In this document: one piece after another, positions 1-8,496 of the stretch | Position numbering within the stretch: the first letter of the stretch is position 1 | Layout of the letters: every line of letters starts with the position of its first letter | Source of the DNA: Candidatus Acidifodinimicrobium sp. | GTDB taxonomy: Archaea; Nanobdellota; Nanobdellia; Parvarchaeales; Parvarchaeaceae | Direction: 5' to 3' | Assembly (NCBI GenBank): GCA_049967035.1 | Contig: JBMFTM010000002.1 | Coordinates: 1-34,937, forward strand | DNA length: 34,937 nt | Notes under the pieces: model-generated | Told to the model about the DNA's origin: nothing | The model's database searches: none | Seen by the model: only the letters and a program-made list of their open reading frames with translations | Translations under genes and position numbers: made by a program

Positions 1-53
1 ACCAATGCGGATATGTTATTTAGTCTTGTCTAGTCCGTTGATAATTAATCACA

Positions 54-554
54 ATGTATATGGAAAACAAAGGAATATTTGAAGTGAAGATAAAGGTACA
101 TGAAGGTGAGAATATAATAATAGGGCAATCTCACTTCATAAAAACAGTCGAAGACTTATATGAGTGTTTAGCTTCTTCGTCTCCGCATCTGAAATTTGGT
201 ATAGCCTTCAATGAGGCATCAGGGGATAGGTTGGTCAGATACGAAGGAAATGATGACTCATTAATAAAGGAGAGCGTAGACATATCTTCGAAGATAGGCG
301 CAGGCCACATATTTGTTATACTCCTGAAGGATGGGTATCCAATAAACGTATTGAACAGGATAAAAGAAGTTGAAGAAGTTGTTGGTCTATACGCGGCAAC
401 ATCCAACCCCATAACTGTGGTCGGATACGACGACGGGGAAAACGGAAGGGGAATCCTTGGAGTAATAGACGGTAAGAAGCCATTGGGTGCAGAGGATGAT
501 AATGCCCGCAAGAAAAGGCATAAATTTCTTAGAGACATAGGCTATAAGAGATAG
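54..554 (+). CDS. Adenosine-specific kinase family protein (PF04008-like)
   Basis: 166-aa ORF. The blocks GQSHFIKTVEDL, GAGHIFVILLKDGYPINVLN, GRGILGVIDG and FLRDIGYK match my memory of the archaeal adenosine-specific kinase family. The stop codon overlaps the first base of the downstream tRNA. Confidence 0.7.
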   Translation: MYMENKGIFEVKIKVHEGENIIIGQSHFIKTVEDLYECLASSSPHLKFGIAFNEASGDRLVRYEGNDDSLIKESVDISSKIGAGHIFVILLKDGYPINVLNRIKEVEEVVGLYAATSNPITVVGYDDGENGRGILGVIDGKKPLGAEDDNARKKRHKFLRDIGYKR

Positions 555-639
555 TCGGGGTAGTACAGCGGTAGTACGCCGCCCTCATGAGATGATCTGA
601 GATAGGCGGAGGTCATGGGTTCAAATCCCATCCCCGACA
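554..639 (+). tRNA. tRNA with anticodon CAU (elongator Met or Ile2) carrying a 14-nt intron at the canonical 37/38 position
   Basis: Cloverleaf folded by hand. Acceptor GTCGGGG(554-560)/CCCCGAC(632-638) with discriminator A639. D stem GTAC/GTAC. Anticodon stem CCGCC(579-583)/GGCGG(605-609). T arm ATGGG-TTCAAAT-CCCAT. Anticodon CAT at 586-588. Intron 590-603 sits in a bulge-helix-bulge: central helix CTCA(584-587)/TGAG(598-601) flanked by 3-nt bulges 588-590 and 602-604. No encoded CCA, and a T-run follows. Confidence 0.9.
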
Positions 640-652
640 TGTTTTTGTTAAA

Positions 653-1489
653 TTAAACGTGTGCTTTCAGCCAACTTAAAATGTCATTATAAACGTTTTC
701 ATTATTTAGCTCATTCAATATCTCATGATAAAACCCGGGATATATTCTAATTGTTTTATCGTTCGATTCTATCATTGAGTAGGCTTTTTTTGTTGCCCTG
801 TTCGGAACTACTTTATCATCACCGCCGTGCATCATCAGTATCGGCATATCAATGCTGTTTATATGCTTCCAAACTTCCTTGGATCCAAGCGATAGCTGAT
901 ATACTAATCTAATCGTCGGATTTTTGAATACTAGAGGGTCTTTTACGTAGTCTTCATATAATTTCTTGTTGTGTGTCAAGTTTTCCGCTTTAATAGGAAG
1001 TTTTATCCTGGCCTTTTTATTTGTAAGATAAGTTATATACAATAGCAATTTGGAAAAAGGGTCTGCCTTTGTTATTGTCGCAGCCCCGCTGGTCATCGCC
1101 ATATCTACGCCATCTTTAACCCTTGCGATATAATGCAAAGCTATCAGTCCACCCATACTATGCCCAAAAATTACGGTTTTAATACTATTCTTATCTCTTT
1201 TTATTTCGGATATGAAATTTTTTGTATCATCTATAAAATCATTGAAATTGCCTACGTCTCCGAATTCCTCTTTGTCCTTTGCGGTTTTTCCATGGCCCCT
1301 TAAATCATACATAAAAAATGAAAAACCGTTTGATTCTAACCATTGCCCGAATTTGATGTACCTACCACTGTGTTCAGCGAAACCATGGAGCCCTATTATT
1401 AAAGCCTTAGGCGATGCAGGCTCCCAAGATCTGTAGAATACTTCCAGTTCATTATCTAATTTTAGTTTTGATTCTTTGTAAACCATCAT
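653..1489 (-). CDS. Alpha/beta hydrolase, lysophospholipase / monoacylglycerol lipase-like
   Basis: 278 aa. HGFAEHSGRY oxyanion region, nucleophile elbow GHSMGG, C-terminal HE(I)LNE histidine region. Confidence 0.85.
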   Translation of the reverse strand: MMVYKESKLKLDNELEVFYRSWEPASPKALIIGLHGFAEHSGRYIKFGQWLESNGFSFFMYDLRGHGKTAKDKEEFGDVGNFNDFIDDTKNFISEIKRDKNSIKTVIFGHSMGGLIALHYIARVKDGVDMAMTSGAATITKADPFSKLLLYITYLTNKKARIKLPIKAENLTHNKKLYEDYVKDPLVFKNPTIRLVYQLSLGSKEVWKHINSIDMPILMMHGGDDKVVPNRATKKAYSMIESNDKTIRIYPGFYHEILNELNNENVYNDILSWLKAHV

Positions 1490-1636
1490 AGAAATAGTAT
1501 CTTTTAAGATTTAAATTTTGTTTTATGTTTTGTTTATGTCAAAAAATGATGATTCTGTGGTCAACTTCTGCGGCATCAAGTCGATGTTGGAGAATAAGAA
1601 TTAAAAGATATATTTGATGTCTGTATCGTTTATCTG

Positions 1637-2071
1637 ATGGAAGCCTTTTATGTTGGTTTAATAATCGGCGTGATAGTGTCTTCAATTCTTGCGTCTATAG
1701 TCCTCTTCTATATACTTCGCAGAGCCGCCTCAAAACTATTTGAATCATGGAAGGAAAAAGAAATGCGAAAAGAACTAGACGAAGCCTTGCAGAGGCAGAG
1801 GTACGTTGTTAAAGGAAAACTTAGTGAGCAGCTTTTTCCGGTCATATACAGCAAGATAAATGATATATCTGATGCCAGGTTCATAGGCAATCCAATAGAC
1901 TACATAGTTTTTGACGGGCTTTCAAAGGGAGTCTCGGAAGGCAAGGGGCAGGTAAATATAAGGTTCATAGAGATAAAGACAGGAAGCTCAAGTCTAAGCA
2001 AGAGTGAAAGATTCGTAAAAGATGCTGTAGAAAACAAGAGAGTAGAGTGGGAAGAAGTAAAACTGGATTAG
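1637..2071 (+). CDS. Membrane-anchored endonuclease related to archaeal Holliday junction resolvase (Endonuc_Holl-like)
   Basis: 144 aa. N-terminal TM helix (LIIGVIVSSILASIVLFYIL) and a charged helix, then DYIVFDG...IRFIEIKTG...LSKSERFVKDAV, which resembles the PF10107 family pattern. Confidence 0.55.
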   Translation: MEAFYVGLIIGVIVSSILASIVLFYILRRAASKLFESWKEKEMRKELDEALQRQRYVVKGKLSEQLFPVIYSKINDISDARFIGNPIDYIVFDGLSKGVSEGKGQVNIRFIEIKTGSSSLSKSERFVKDAVENKRVEWEEVKLD

Positions 2072-2110
2072 CGTAAGGTTTAAATAACAGTTTTATTCAT
2101 CATAGATTTC

Positions 2111-2872
2111 ATGAGCAAGATAACTTGCAACGTGAGTTCAGGATTGGCAAGCATACTGGATAAAGATATGGGTGCCAATGTAGTCTACCACACATCTAAC
2201 GAGGATATCACGCCAGCAGAGGAAAAGCTTAAAGGCATAAGCGGTTTGGGTAGGTATGTAGGAATATCCGGCGGGTTTACAGCAAACCTTTACATATTAT
2301 CCAAGCTTCAAAAGAATAACAAGCTTGCTGCTATAGACCTGGTTGACACCAATCCAAGCGCGATATTCCAAGCGCTTGAGCTAATGTACTATTTCAATAG
2401 TACAGATAACAAAGGATACAGAGAAAATCTAGATTTTGAGTACGGTGAATACTTCGATGTTATAAATATAGCGCATAATAGAAATGAGAAGTTCTACAAA
2501 GGGTTTGTAGAAACTAACCTGTCTAAACCAGAACTTTCAGATGATCTCAGCATAACCTTCCACAGGGAGGACATATTCAAATTTCTAGATAGGCTGGAAT
2601 CAAAAGACAAGTACTTTATATACCTCTCTAATTTGTTTGACTACAAAATTGAATCAGCCAGCTACATATCATCACACATATTGGAAAATGACAAGATAGA
2701 AAGCGGATCGTGGCTGCTCTTGACAGCTATTTCAAAAGCGCGTATGAGAAATCTGACTGATTTAGTGGAAGACAAAGAGGAGAAAAATAAGGCAGGCTCG
2801 TCTTATGCTGTTGGCTTATTTAGGAAAGAAGGTAACCGTTTAAAGAATGAGCTCATCTACAGGCTTGACTGA
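2111..2872 (+). CDS. Hypothetical protein (possible degenerate Rossmann / methyltransferase-like fold)
   Basis: 253-aa ORF that fills its intergenic space. YVGISGGFTANL...AAIDLVDTNP and FIYLSNLFDY are loosely reminiscent of SAM-MTase motifs I, II and IV. No confident family assignment. Confidence 0.5.
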   Translation: MSKITCNVSSGLASILDKDMGANVVYHTSNEDITPAEEKLKGISGLGRYVGISGGFTANLYILSKLQKNNKLAAIDLVDTNPSAIFQALELMYYFNSTDNKGYRENLDFEYGEYFDVINIAHNRNEKFYKGFVETNLSKPELSDDLSITFHREDIFKFLDRLESKDKYFIYLSNLFDYKIESASYISSHILENDKIESGSWLLLTAISKARMRNLTDLVEDKEEKNKAGSSYAVGLFRKEGNRLKNELIYRLD

Positions 2873-2889
2873 ATTTTTGTTTAATTTTT

Positions 2890-3204
2890 TTATGTTTTCA
2901 ATACAGCAGACTCATGTACGCGCCCATCTCTCACTTCTACCCCATCAGCTTTCAGCCTTTTGATCTTCTCTGATTTAGTTTTCTCATTGTTTTTATTGCC
3001 TATAGTGTACCCGCCTATCTCTCTGTTTGATTTTACAACTTTGTAACACGGATAATATTCTGGCCTGTCATTTGTACTCAAAACTCTTCCAACCTCCCTG
3101 GGCGTCACATCAAATCTCTTTGCCAGCGCTTTGTATGTTGTCACTTTCCCGCGAGGTATCTTCCTGAGAGCTTTCAGTATCCTTATTCTAGTATCGTTAT
3201 TCAT
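2890..3204 (-). CDS. MGMT-family DNA-binding domain protein (C-terminal Ogt domain only, variant PCYK active-site motif)
   Basis: 104 aa. IPRGKVTTYKALA, then helix-turn-helix with the Arg-finger region TPREVGRVLSTN, then YPCYKVV where PCHRV is canonical. Overlaps the upstream RIO kinase gene by 8 nt. Confidence 0.75.
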   Translation of the reverse strand: MNNDTRIRILKALRKIPRGKVTTYKALAKRFDVTPREVGRVLSTNDRPEYYPCYKVVKSNREIGGYTIGNKNNEKTKSEKIKRLKADGVEVRDGRVHESAVLKT

Positions 3205-3889
3205 ATGAGTTGTTTATCATCTTAATGATCTCTTGGCTTCTTAATGCCCCGCCGAAGCCGAGCCTTGCGAACCAGCTGTTTATATTGTCTATGTCTCTCT
3301 TGAGATAATCAAGGGTTGAAGGTGACAATTTCAAAGCCTGCGAAAAGTCAATCAGATAAGGGTCGCCCTTGAAGTTCATTATATTATAGGGGCTCAAATC
3401 GCCGTGTATGAAGCCTGCTTTTCCCATATTAACTATGCTGTCCACTATCTCATCATACCATCGGCTTCGATCGAAATCATCCGCTTTCACCGCAAGGGGA
3501 GCGTTTGTTTCCCCTTCGCCGATGAATTGCATGGTAAGCACATTTTCATAGACCCTGAACGGCTCCGGTACTCTTATCCCTATGGTGAATGCTTTCGAGA
3601 GGAAATTAAATTCATACCTGGTCCAGGTGTTTATCCTCCTTATGAAGCCCCCGGATTTGCTGCCTCTAAGGACAAGGTAAGTAGGTATCTTCTTGAACGC
3701 GTTTATGTCATGTCTATGAATCTTCACTGCGACTTCTCTCCCATTGGAGTCAACGCTCTTGAAAACATAAGATTCCTTGCCCGTGCTTAAAGGCCCTGTA
3801 AGGTTGGATATGTAACCATCTCCTTCTAGTTTGCTCAGAGCTTCTAATGTCTTTAGGTCAAATACCTTTAGATAAGTCTTCTTTTCCAT
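3197..3889 (-). CDS. rio1: RIO-type serine/threonine protein kinase (Rio1-like, no N-terminal wHTH)
   Basis: 230 aa. STGKESYVFKS glycine-rich loop, VAVKIHR lysine, catalytic HGDLSPYNIM, metal-binding LIDFSQA. Confidence 0.85.
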   Translation of the reverse strand: MEKKTYLKVFDLKTLEALSKLEGDGYISNLTGPLSTGKESYVFKSVDSNGREVAVKIHRHDINAFKKIPTYLVLRGSKSGGFIRRINTWTRYEFNFLSKAFTIGIRVPEPFRVYENVLTMQFIGEGETNAPLAVKADDFDRSRWYDEIVDSIVNMGKAGFIHGDLSPYNIMNFKGDPYLIDFSQALKLSPSTLDYLKRDIDNINSWFARLGFGGALRSQEIIKMINNSYE

Positions 3890-3904
3890 TCAAATTTGTT
3901 GTCT

Positions 3905-5860
3905 CTATACCGCTGGCTTCTTCTTGAATGCGCCCTTTATAGTTTTGATAAGCTTGGTCTTCTCTTTTCCATTTTCCATTGCGTGGTCTATCACTTCGCT
4001 AAGTGTGCTGACTGGTATGATCTTGATATTGGCATTGTTTGGTAGGACCAAGTCGCCGAAGTTAGAAGCTGGGATTATAACCTCTTTTATCCCAGCGTTT
4101 ACAGCTGCCTCGACTTTAGATGTTATCCCGCCTACTGGAAGCACCTCCCCAAGTATCGACAATGAGCCAGTCATCGCAATTGACTGTTTCACTGGTATTC
4201 CAGTTATCGCTGAAAGTATGGCAGTGGCTACGCTTATGCTTGCGCTGTCGCCCTCTACCCCAGAATAAGCTTGTAAGAACTGTATGTGGATATCGTAGTC
4301 ACTTAACTGCTGCTTTGAGTACAACTTTATTATTGCACCAACATTCTTCACAGCCTCCTGAGCGATCTCACCTAGTTTTCCGGTGGCTATTATCTCCCCG
4401 CCGCCTTTTCTCATGCTTTTGGTCACTATAGCTTCTATAGGCAGCATAAGCCCTGAATCAGAGTTCTCTATCACGGCTAGTCCATTGACCTTTCCAACAT
4501 GCGATCCAGACACCTGTATGACCTCGTACTCCTTCTTTTCTTTTATGAACCTTGATGCAACCTGCTGTTCAAACGACCCTGCATATTCTTTTGCGTTTAT
4601 CACATCTGATGCTTCAACTATCTTCTTGCCTTTTTCCCTGCTCATGTCACCGGCCACCCTGACTATGCCTCCAAGCTCTCTCAGCTTGAGCGTGAGTGAA
4701 TTTTTCTTGTCAGCTCGTCTTTTTGCTTCTTTTACGATCTCGGCGACAGCCTCTCTGGAGAAAGGTGGTATCTTTCCGTCTTTCTTCACTTCCTGCGCTA
4801 CAAATATCGCTATCTTGTTTCTATTCTCTACAGTATCAGGCATATTATCTTCCATATATACCTCATAACCGTAGCCTCTTATCCTAGACCTTAAAGCAGG
4901 GCTCATCTTCATTATAGATTCTGGATTACCGGCCCCTACTAATATAAAATCGCATGGAACCGGCTCGGTCTTTACCATTGCCCCAGCGCTTCTTTCGCTC
5001 CTGCCAGTTATAGCGGACTTCTTCTCTTGCATGGCAGTAAGAAGCTGTATCTGCATCTCCGGCGTCATATCAGCTATTTCGTCTATAAAAAGAACACCAC
5101 CGTTTGCCTTATGTATATCACCTAAAACAACCCTCTCATGTGGCGGTGTTCCAAGGCCGCCGCTTTGGAACGGGTCATGCAGCACGTCTCCTAAAAGAGC
5201 ACCCTCATGCGCCCCAGTTGCGTCCACAAATGGGGCCGTTTTTGCACCGGAGTTGTCAAGCAGGAGTTTTGGAGCCAAAGGAGTTATCCTAACCCTGCTT
5301 AGCCTCGTCATCAATATCACGAACAGAAAACCTATAAGTATGGTTATTATGAAGAGCGTCCCAGATATTTGATCTGCAGCTGCAAGAATATCATTTTTCT
5401 GCGTGCTAACAATCATGCTAACAATGTAACTGGCCACAAAGAACACAACCAATACACCAAGAAATATGGTCATACTGTTGCCGTTGTTCATCCCAGTCAT
5501 GCTCTTCATCTTTGCTTGTGCGACAAACTTTTTGCCTTCTCCGGCTGGGAACACCTTGATCAGCGGGTTGTTTTCATCCTTTGGATTCGGCAGCGTCACA
5601 ATATCTTGAAGTTTTTCAGCAGGTAGAAGCTCAGACAACGCCTGGCCAAGCATGCTCTTTCCTGTCCCCGGTGAACCTACGAGAAGCACATTTCTTCTCT
5701 GTATGGCTGCTTTTTTGATTATTTCAGTGGCTTTATCCTGGCCTATAACCTGGTCTATCATCTTGTTTGATATCTTTATATCATCAGTTGTATCGAAGTC
5801 TATGCTGAAAATCTTCTCACTTGCTTTATGTTCTAGTTTTTTCAAATTTTCATTCTCCAT
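3905..5860 (-). CDS. lon: Archaeal membrane-bound ATP-dependent Lon protease (LonB)
   Basis: 651 aa. Walker A GSPGTGKS, two TM helices inserted into the AAA+ module, Walker B LFIDEI, proteolytic domain with GDSASIS serine and a downstream lysine ([10 protein letters not shown]). Confidence 0.95.
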   Translation of the reverse strand: MENENLKKLEHKASEKIFSIDFDTTDDIKISNKMIDQVIGQDKATEIIKKAAIQRRNVLLVGSPGTGKSMLGQALSELLPAEKLQDIVTLPNPKDENNPLIKVFPAGEGKKFVAQAKMKSMTGMNNGNSMTIFLGVLVVFFVASYIVSMIVSTQKNDILAAADQISGTLFIITILIGFLFVILMTRLSRVRITPLAPKLLLDNSGAKTAPFVDATGAHEGALLGDVLHDPFQSGGLGTPPHERVVLGDIHKANGGVLFIDEIADMTPEMQIQLLTAMQEKKSAITGRSERSAGAMVKTEPVPCDFILVGAGNPESIMKMSPALRSRIRGYGYEVYMEDNMPDTVENRNKIAIFVAQEVKKDGKIPPFSREAVAEIVKEAKRRADKKNSLTLKLRELGGIVRVAGDMSREKGKKIVEASDVINAKEYAGSFEQQVASRFIKEKKEYEVIQVSGSHVGKVNGLAVIENSDSGLMLPIEAIVTKSMRKGGGEIIATGKLGEIAQEAVKNVGAIIKLYSKQQLSDYDIHIQFLQAYSGVEGDSASISVATAILSAITGIPVKQSIAMTGSLSILGEVLPVGGITSKVEAAVNAGIKEVIIPASNFGDLVLPNNANIKIIPVSTLSEVIDHAMENGKEKTKLIKTIKGAFKKKPAV

Positions 5861-5955
5861 ATCCTCAGCAAAAATAATATGTGTTTCTAAGAATATATAT
5901 ACTACTATGCTTGCGATGCATTTTCCCAGAGTGCATCAAAAACACGTTTTAAATT

Positions 5956-6237
5956 TCATTGTGTTTTTTCTTCTTTGGCTTCTTCCGAAGGCGATGTGAC
6001 TATACTCGATATTATGAAGATATCGTCTATTGCTCTAACCAAATTGTGCTGAATTATAGCTCCCCTTGCGCCACTTATCATCTTGGATAGGTGTGATGAA
6101 GGGCTAGCCTTTATTCTCCAACCGACGATTCTGTTCTCTTGTATTATAGCCTCATCTATTTCGCCAAAGAAGGACCCAGAGTCCGTGTAAACTTTTAGTC
6201 CGTAGGTGTTCGAAACGCTTTTCAATTTTAATGCCAT
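5956..6237 (-). CDS. PRC-barrel domain protein
   Basis: 93 aa. GLKVYTDSGSFFGEIDEAIIQENRIVGWRI is typical of small archaeal PRC-barrel proteins. Same strand as lon-rio1-MGMT and directly upstream of them. Confidence 0.65.
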   Translation of the reverse strand: MALKLKSVSNTYGLKVYTDSGSFFGEIDEAIIQENRIVGWRIKASPSSHLSKMISGARGAIIQHNLVRAIDDIFIISSIVTSPSEEAKEEKTQ

Positions 6238-6288
6238 ATTCTAAGTTAATGTCTATATATTTAAATACTTATTTATCCTATTTTCGAT

Positions 6289-6477
6289 ATGTCACCAAAA
6301 GCTGTTCTTCTCTGTTTGCATGGATACACAAAATACCCTAAAGAGAGGGAAAAAGACTGGCAGAAAGTCGTGAAGGGCAGGTTGTACACTGCTTACGAGA
6401 TTGCGAAATTCTTCAGTTCAATTAATGTTACGACATATGTAAAAGAGAGGTTAATGAAAGGTATGAAGGAGATTTAA
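6289..6477 (+). CDS. Small hypothetical protein
   Basis: 62-aa ORF in an otherwise empty 270-nt gap. No recognisable motif, and coding status is uncertain. Confidence 0.3.
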   Translation: MSPKAVLLCLHGYTKYPKEREKDWQKVVKGRLYTAYEIAKFFSSINVTTYVKERLMKGMKEI

Positions 6478-6506
6478 TCAGTTCATCCCTTCTTGATTGA
6501 ATCAAT

Positions 6507-7385
6507 ATGTTCTCTGCTATCTATTGGATCGTTATAACGCTTGCTACGGCTTCTTTCGCACTGATAAGTATTGTTTCAAAGGCGGCTTTGAGTAGAAAAG
6601 GGAAAAGGATATCATATAAATCCTTTCTACCAGTTTACCTTGCATTCTCATCTATATTTTCAGTTGCAACTACATTGTCAATAACCCGGAGCCTATACAT
6701 AGGCTATGACATGACTCTTTATGCAGCTTTAGTCGGCTTCATATACTGCTTGGCAGCTTACTTCTTCTTTTTCAGCATAGAGCACGAGAAGGCAGCATTG
6801 GTTGGAACCGTGAACGGCTCCCAGTTTATATTGCTCTCATTTTTGTCTGCACTCCTGTTTTTGCACTCCGTAATCATTGTGGATTCTGTTGCATCAATAG
6901 TGATGTTTGCTGGCATAGTTCTTCTTTCGATCAGCAATGTAAAAGGGATGAAGGTCTCCAAGTATGTATTTTTTGCGCTTGTAGCAAACATATTATGGGT
7001 CATAATGTGGCTCATCTTCTATTCCACAATCCCACCAGGTCTATCTCCGCTGGTATACTATTCGTGGCTTTCTATATTCACCGCTTTTTTCTCGGTTTTG
7101 TTTTCAATCACCTTGAGGACAAGAGGAAGAGACGTTGTGCATTACTTTAGATCCAAGGACATAATAATACCGGTTGCTTTTGCGGGCTTCTTCAATGGCT
7201 TTGGCACAGTCCTTTTCTCCTTAGCGTATATCTTCAATTCAGCCTATTCACCGCTGATATCGGAGATAAGTCTGCCAGCCCTTGTAATCCTCTCATTCAT
7301 TTTCTTGAAGGAGCGCCTGAAGTTCACCCAAATAATCGGCGTTTTCACAGTTATATCTTCAATCCTTCTGCTCTTCTTCTTGTGA
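6507..7385 (+). CDS. EamA/DMT-superfamily transporter
   Basis: 292 aa, about 10 predicted TM helices in two similar halves. No other motif. Confidence 0.7.
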   Translation: MFSAIYWIVITLATASFALISIVSKAALSRKGKRISYKSFLPVYLAFSSIFSVATTLSITRSLYIGYDMTLYAALVGFIYCLAAYFFFFSIEHEKAALVGTVNGSQFILLSFLSALLFLHSVIIVDSVASIVMFAGIVLLSISNVKGMKVSKYVFFALVANILWVIMWLIFYSTIPPGLSPLVYYSWLSIFTAFFSVLFSITLRTRGRDVVHYFRSKDIIIPVAFAGFFNGFGTVLFSLAYIFNSAYSPLISEISLPALVILSFIFLKERLKFTQIIGVFTVISSILLLFFL

Positions 7386-7505
7386 GTTTGAGGGGATCAA
7401 CGAGCACATTGCTGCTTTATCACCCTAATATATGCGAAGATATTATATCGCTAATAAAATTGTTAACTATAAACTATTTATCCGAAGTTGAATAAGTTAA
7501 CTATT

Positions 7506-7773
7506 GGTAGGCTAACCGGGGAATCAGTCCCTCCTTGTGAGCGCAAATGGACTTCAGGCGCGGGTAAAAGCTCTGCCTAGGGTTAATGACCCCATACAAG
7601 ATGGTAAAGCTATCTGCGAAGTGCGGTCCTATAGGGGGCATTCGCTCAAAAACCCAGCCAGGCCCGGAAGGGAGCAACTGTAATTGAGTGGGTGCAAGCT
7701 TATAGACAAATCGCATGGAGAAAATGTTGCCACCCTCTATATGGGTAGTTAATTCAAAGCAGAGCAGCCTACC
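7506..7773 (+). ncRNA. ffs: Signal recognition particle RNA (7S / SRP RNA)
   Basis: Conserved helix-8 motif CCAGCCAGGCCCGGAAGGGAGCAAC at 7655-7678 on the + strand. Terminal helix GGTAGGCT(7506-7513)/AGCCTACC(7766-7773). Helix-5 pairing CTCTGC(7571-7576)/GCAGAG(7759-7764). Helix-6-like hairpin GCGAA-G-TGC...GCA-TTCGC. The ends are good to about 5 nt. The ORFs at 7501-7800(-) and 7778-8017(-) are artefacts over this RNA. Confidence 0.85.
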
Positions 7774-7838
7774 TTCTCTATGAGCCAAAGAAGATAGCAA
7801 ATAAGTTAAAATAGATTGAGCACTCTAATCTTTTGTGA

Positions 7839-7921
7839 GTCGGGATACTCAAGTGGTTACGAGGCACGCCTGCTAAGCGTGTTGGCGAAAGCCTGCGTGG
7901 GTTCGAATCCCACTCCCGACG
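7839..7921 (+). tRNA. tRNA-Ser (anticodon GCU), class II with long variable arm
   Basis: Acceptor GTCGGGA(7839-7845)/TCCCGAC(7914-7920) with discriminator G7921. 3-bp D stem CTC/GAG. Anticodon stem CACGC/GCGTG with loop CTGCTAA (GCT at 7872-7874). Variable arm GGC-GAAA-GCC. T arm GTGGG-TTCGAAT-CCCAC. A T-run follows. Confidence 0.95.
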
Positions 7922-7980
7922 TTTTGGCGAAAAAGTATATAAACCTGAATTGTCAATAGGGATATAATTTTGAGGAGAAT

Positions 7981-8496
7981 ATGTCCAAACTAAGACCTGG
8001 AAGAGCTTACAAAACATTGAAGCTGCCTTACACTCGCAAGTCTAAGTTTAAGGAGAAGAATTATACTAAGTTCGCGTTGCACACAAAGATAACGCAGTTT
8101 CACTCCGGGAATATACACAATTCATTCAGCAGGAGAGTGGAGATAATCTCTAAGTCCAGTCTTCAGGTTAGAGACAATGCGCTTGAGGCCGCAAGGATAG
8201 TCGCCAACAAATATCTTACTGATACGATAGGCGAAGAAAATTTTCACATACAGCTCATAAGCATACCTCACCATATACTAAGAGAGCATAAACTTGCCAC
8301 AGGCGCAGGCGCAGATAGGTTCTCGGCAGGCATGCAGAAATCATTTGGGAAGCCGATAGGCTTAGCGAGTCAGGTCTCTGCAGGGGACAGAATATTTGAG
8401 ATATATGTGAATGATGACCATATCAACGAAGCCAAAGAGGCCGCAGACAAGATAAGGAAGAAGCTAGGGTTTAAGACGCTCGCTTTGGTTATCTGA
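7981..8496 (+). CDS. rpl10e: 50S ribosomal protein L10e (uL16)
   Basis: 171 aa. N-terminal RPGRAYK...YTRK and the overall uL16/L10e pattern. Confidence 0.9.
   Translation: MSKLRPGRAYKTLKLPYTRKSKFKEKNYTKFALHTKITQFHSGNIHNSFSRRVEIISKSSLQVRDNALEAARIVANKYLTDTIGEENFHIQLISIPHHILREHKLATGAGADRFSAGMQKSFGKPIGLASQVSAGDRIFEIYVNDDHINEAKEAADKIRKKLGFKTLALVI

Noticed and set aside
1546-1637. ATGATGA (1546-1552), a C-box-like heptamer, in the intergenic region upstream of the resolvase-like gene. A CTGA lies at 1634-1637, which suggested a C/D box sRNA.
   Set aside because: The spacing is about 90 nt, far beyond the 50-60 nt archaeal C/D architecture. No D' or C' boxes occur at the expected positions, and the CTGA overlaps the start codon context.
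5905-5945. A hairpin, GATGCA-11 nt-TGCATC, between the PRC-barrel gene and lon.
   Set aside because: It is a 6-bp stem with a large loop and no adjacent T-run on the transcribed (minus) strand. That is insufficient to call a terminator or regulatory element.
3924-5999. A series of + strand ORFs (60-160 aa) antisense to the lon gene. Similar antisense or alternative-frame ORFs lie inside secY, the MFS gene, aCPSF1, psmB, glyS, the FNR gene and the r-protein genes (for example 12170-12373 and 12104-12496).
   Set aside because: Each is fully nested in, or antisense to, a gene with strong family-level motifs. Their translations are low-complexity (Ser/Leu/Pro/Phe-rich), which is typical of shadow ORFs.
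7491-7809. The 10-mer AATAAGTTAA, present on both sides of the SRP RNA (7491-7500 and 7800-7809), considered as a target-site duplication or mobile-element boundary.
   Set aside because: It is short and AT-rich. No transposase, integrase or terminal inverted repeats are present. The second copy sits at promoter distance from tRNA-Ser, so it is more likely promoter-like sequence or chance.
7501-8017. Two minus-strand ORFs (99 aa at 7501-7800, 79 aa at 7778-8017) offered by the ORF track.
   Set aside because: They lie over the + strand SRP RNA and tRNA-Ser(GCU), both supported by conserved motifs and base-pairing. Their translations have no protein-like motifs. They are treated as artefacts.
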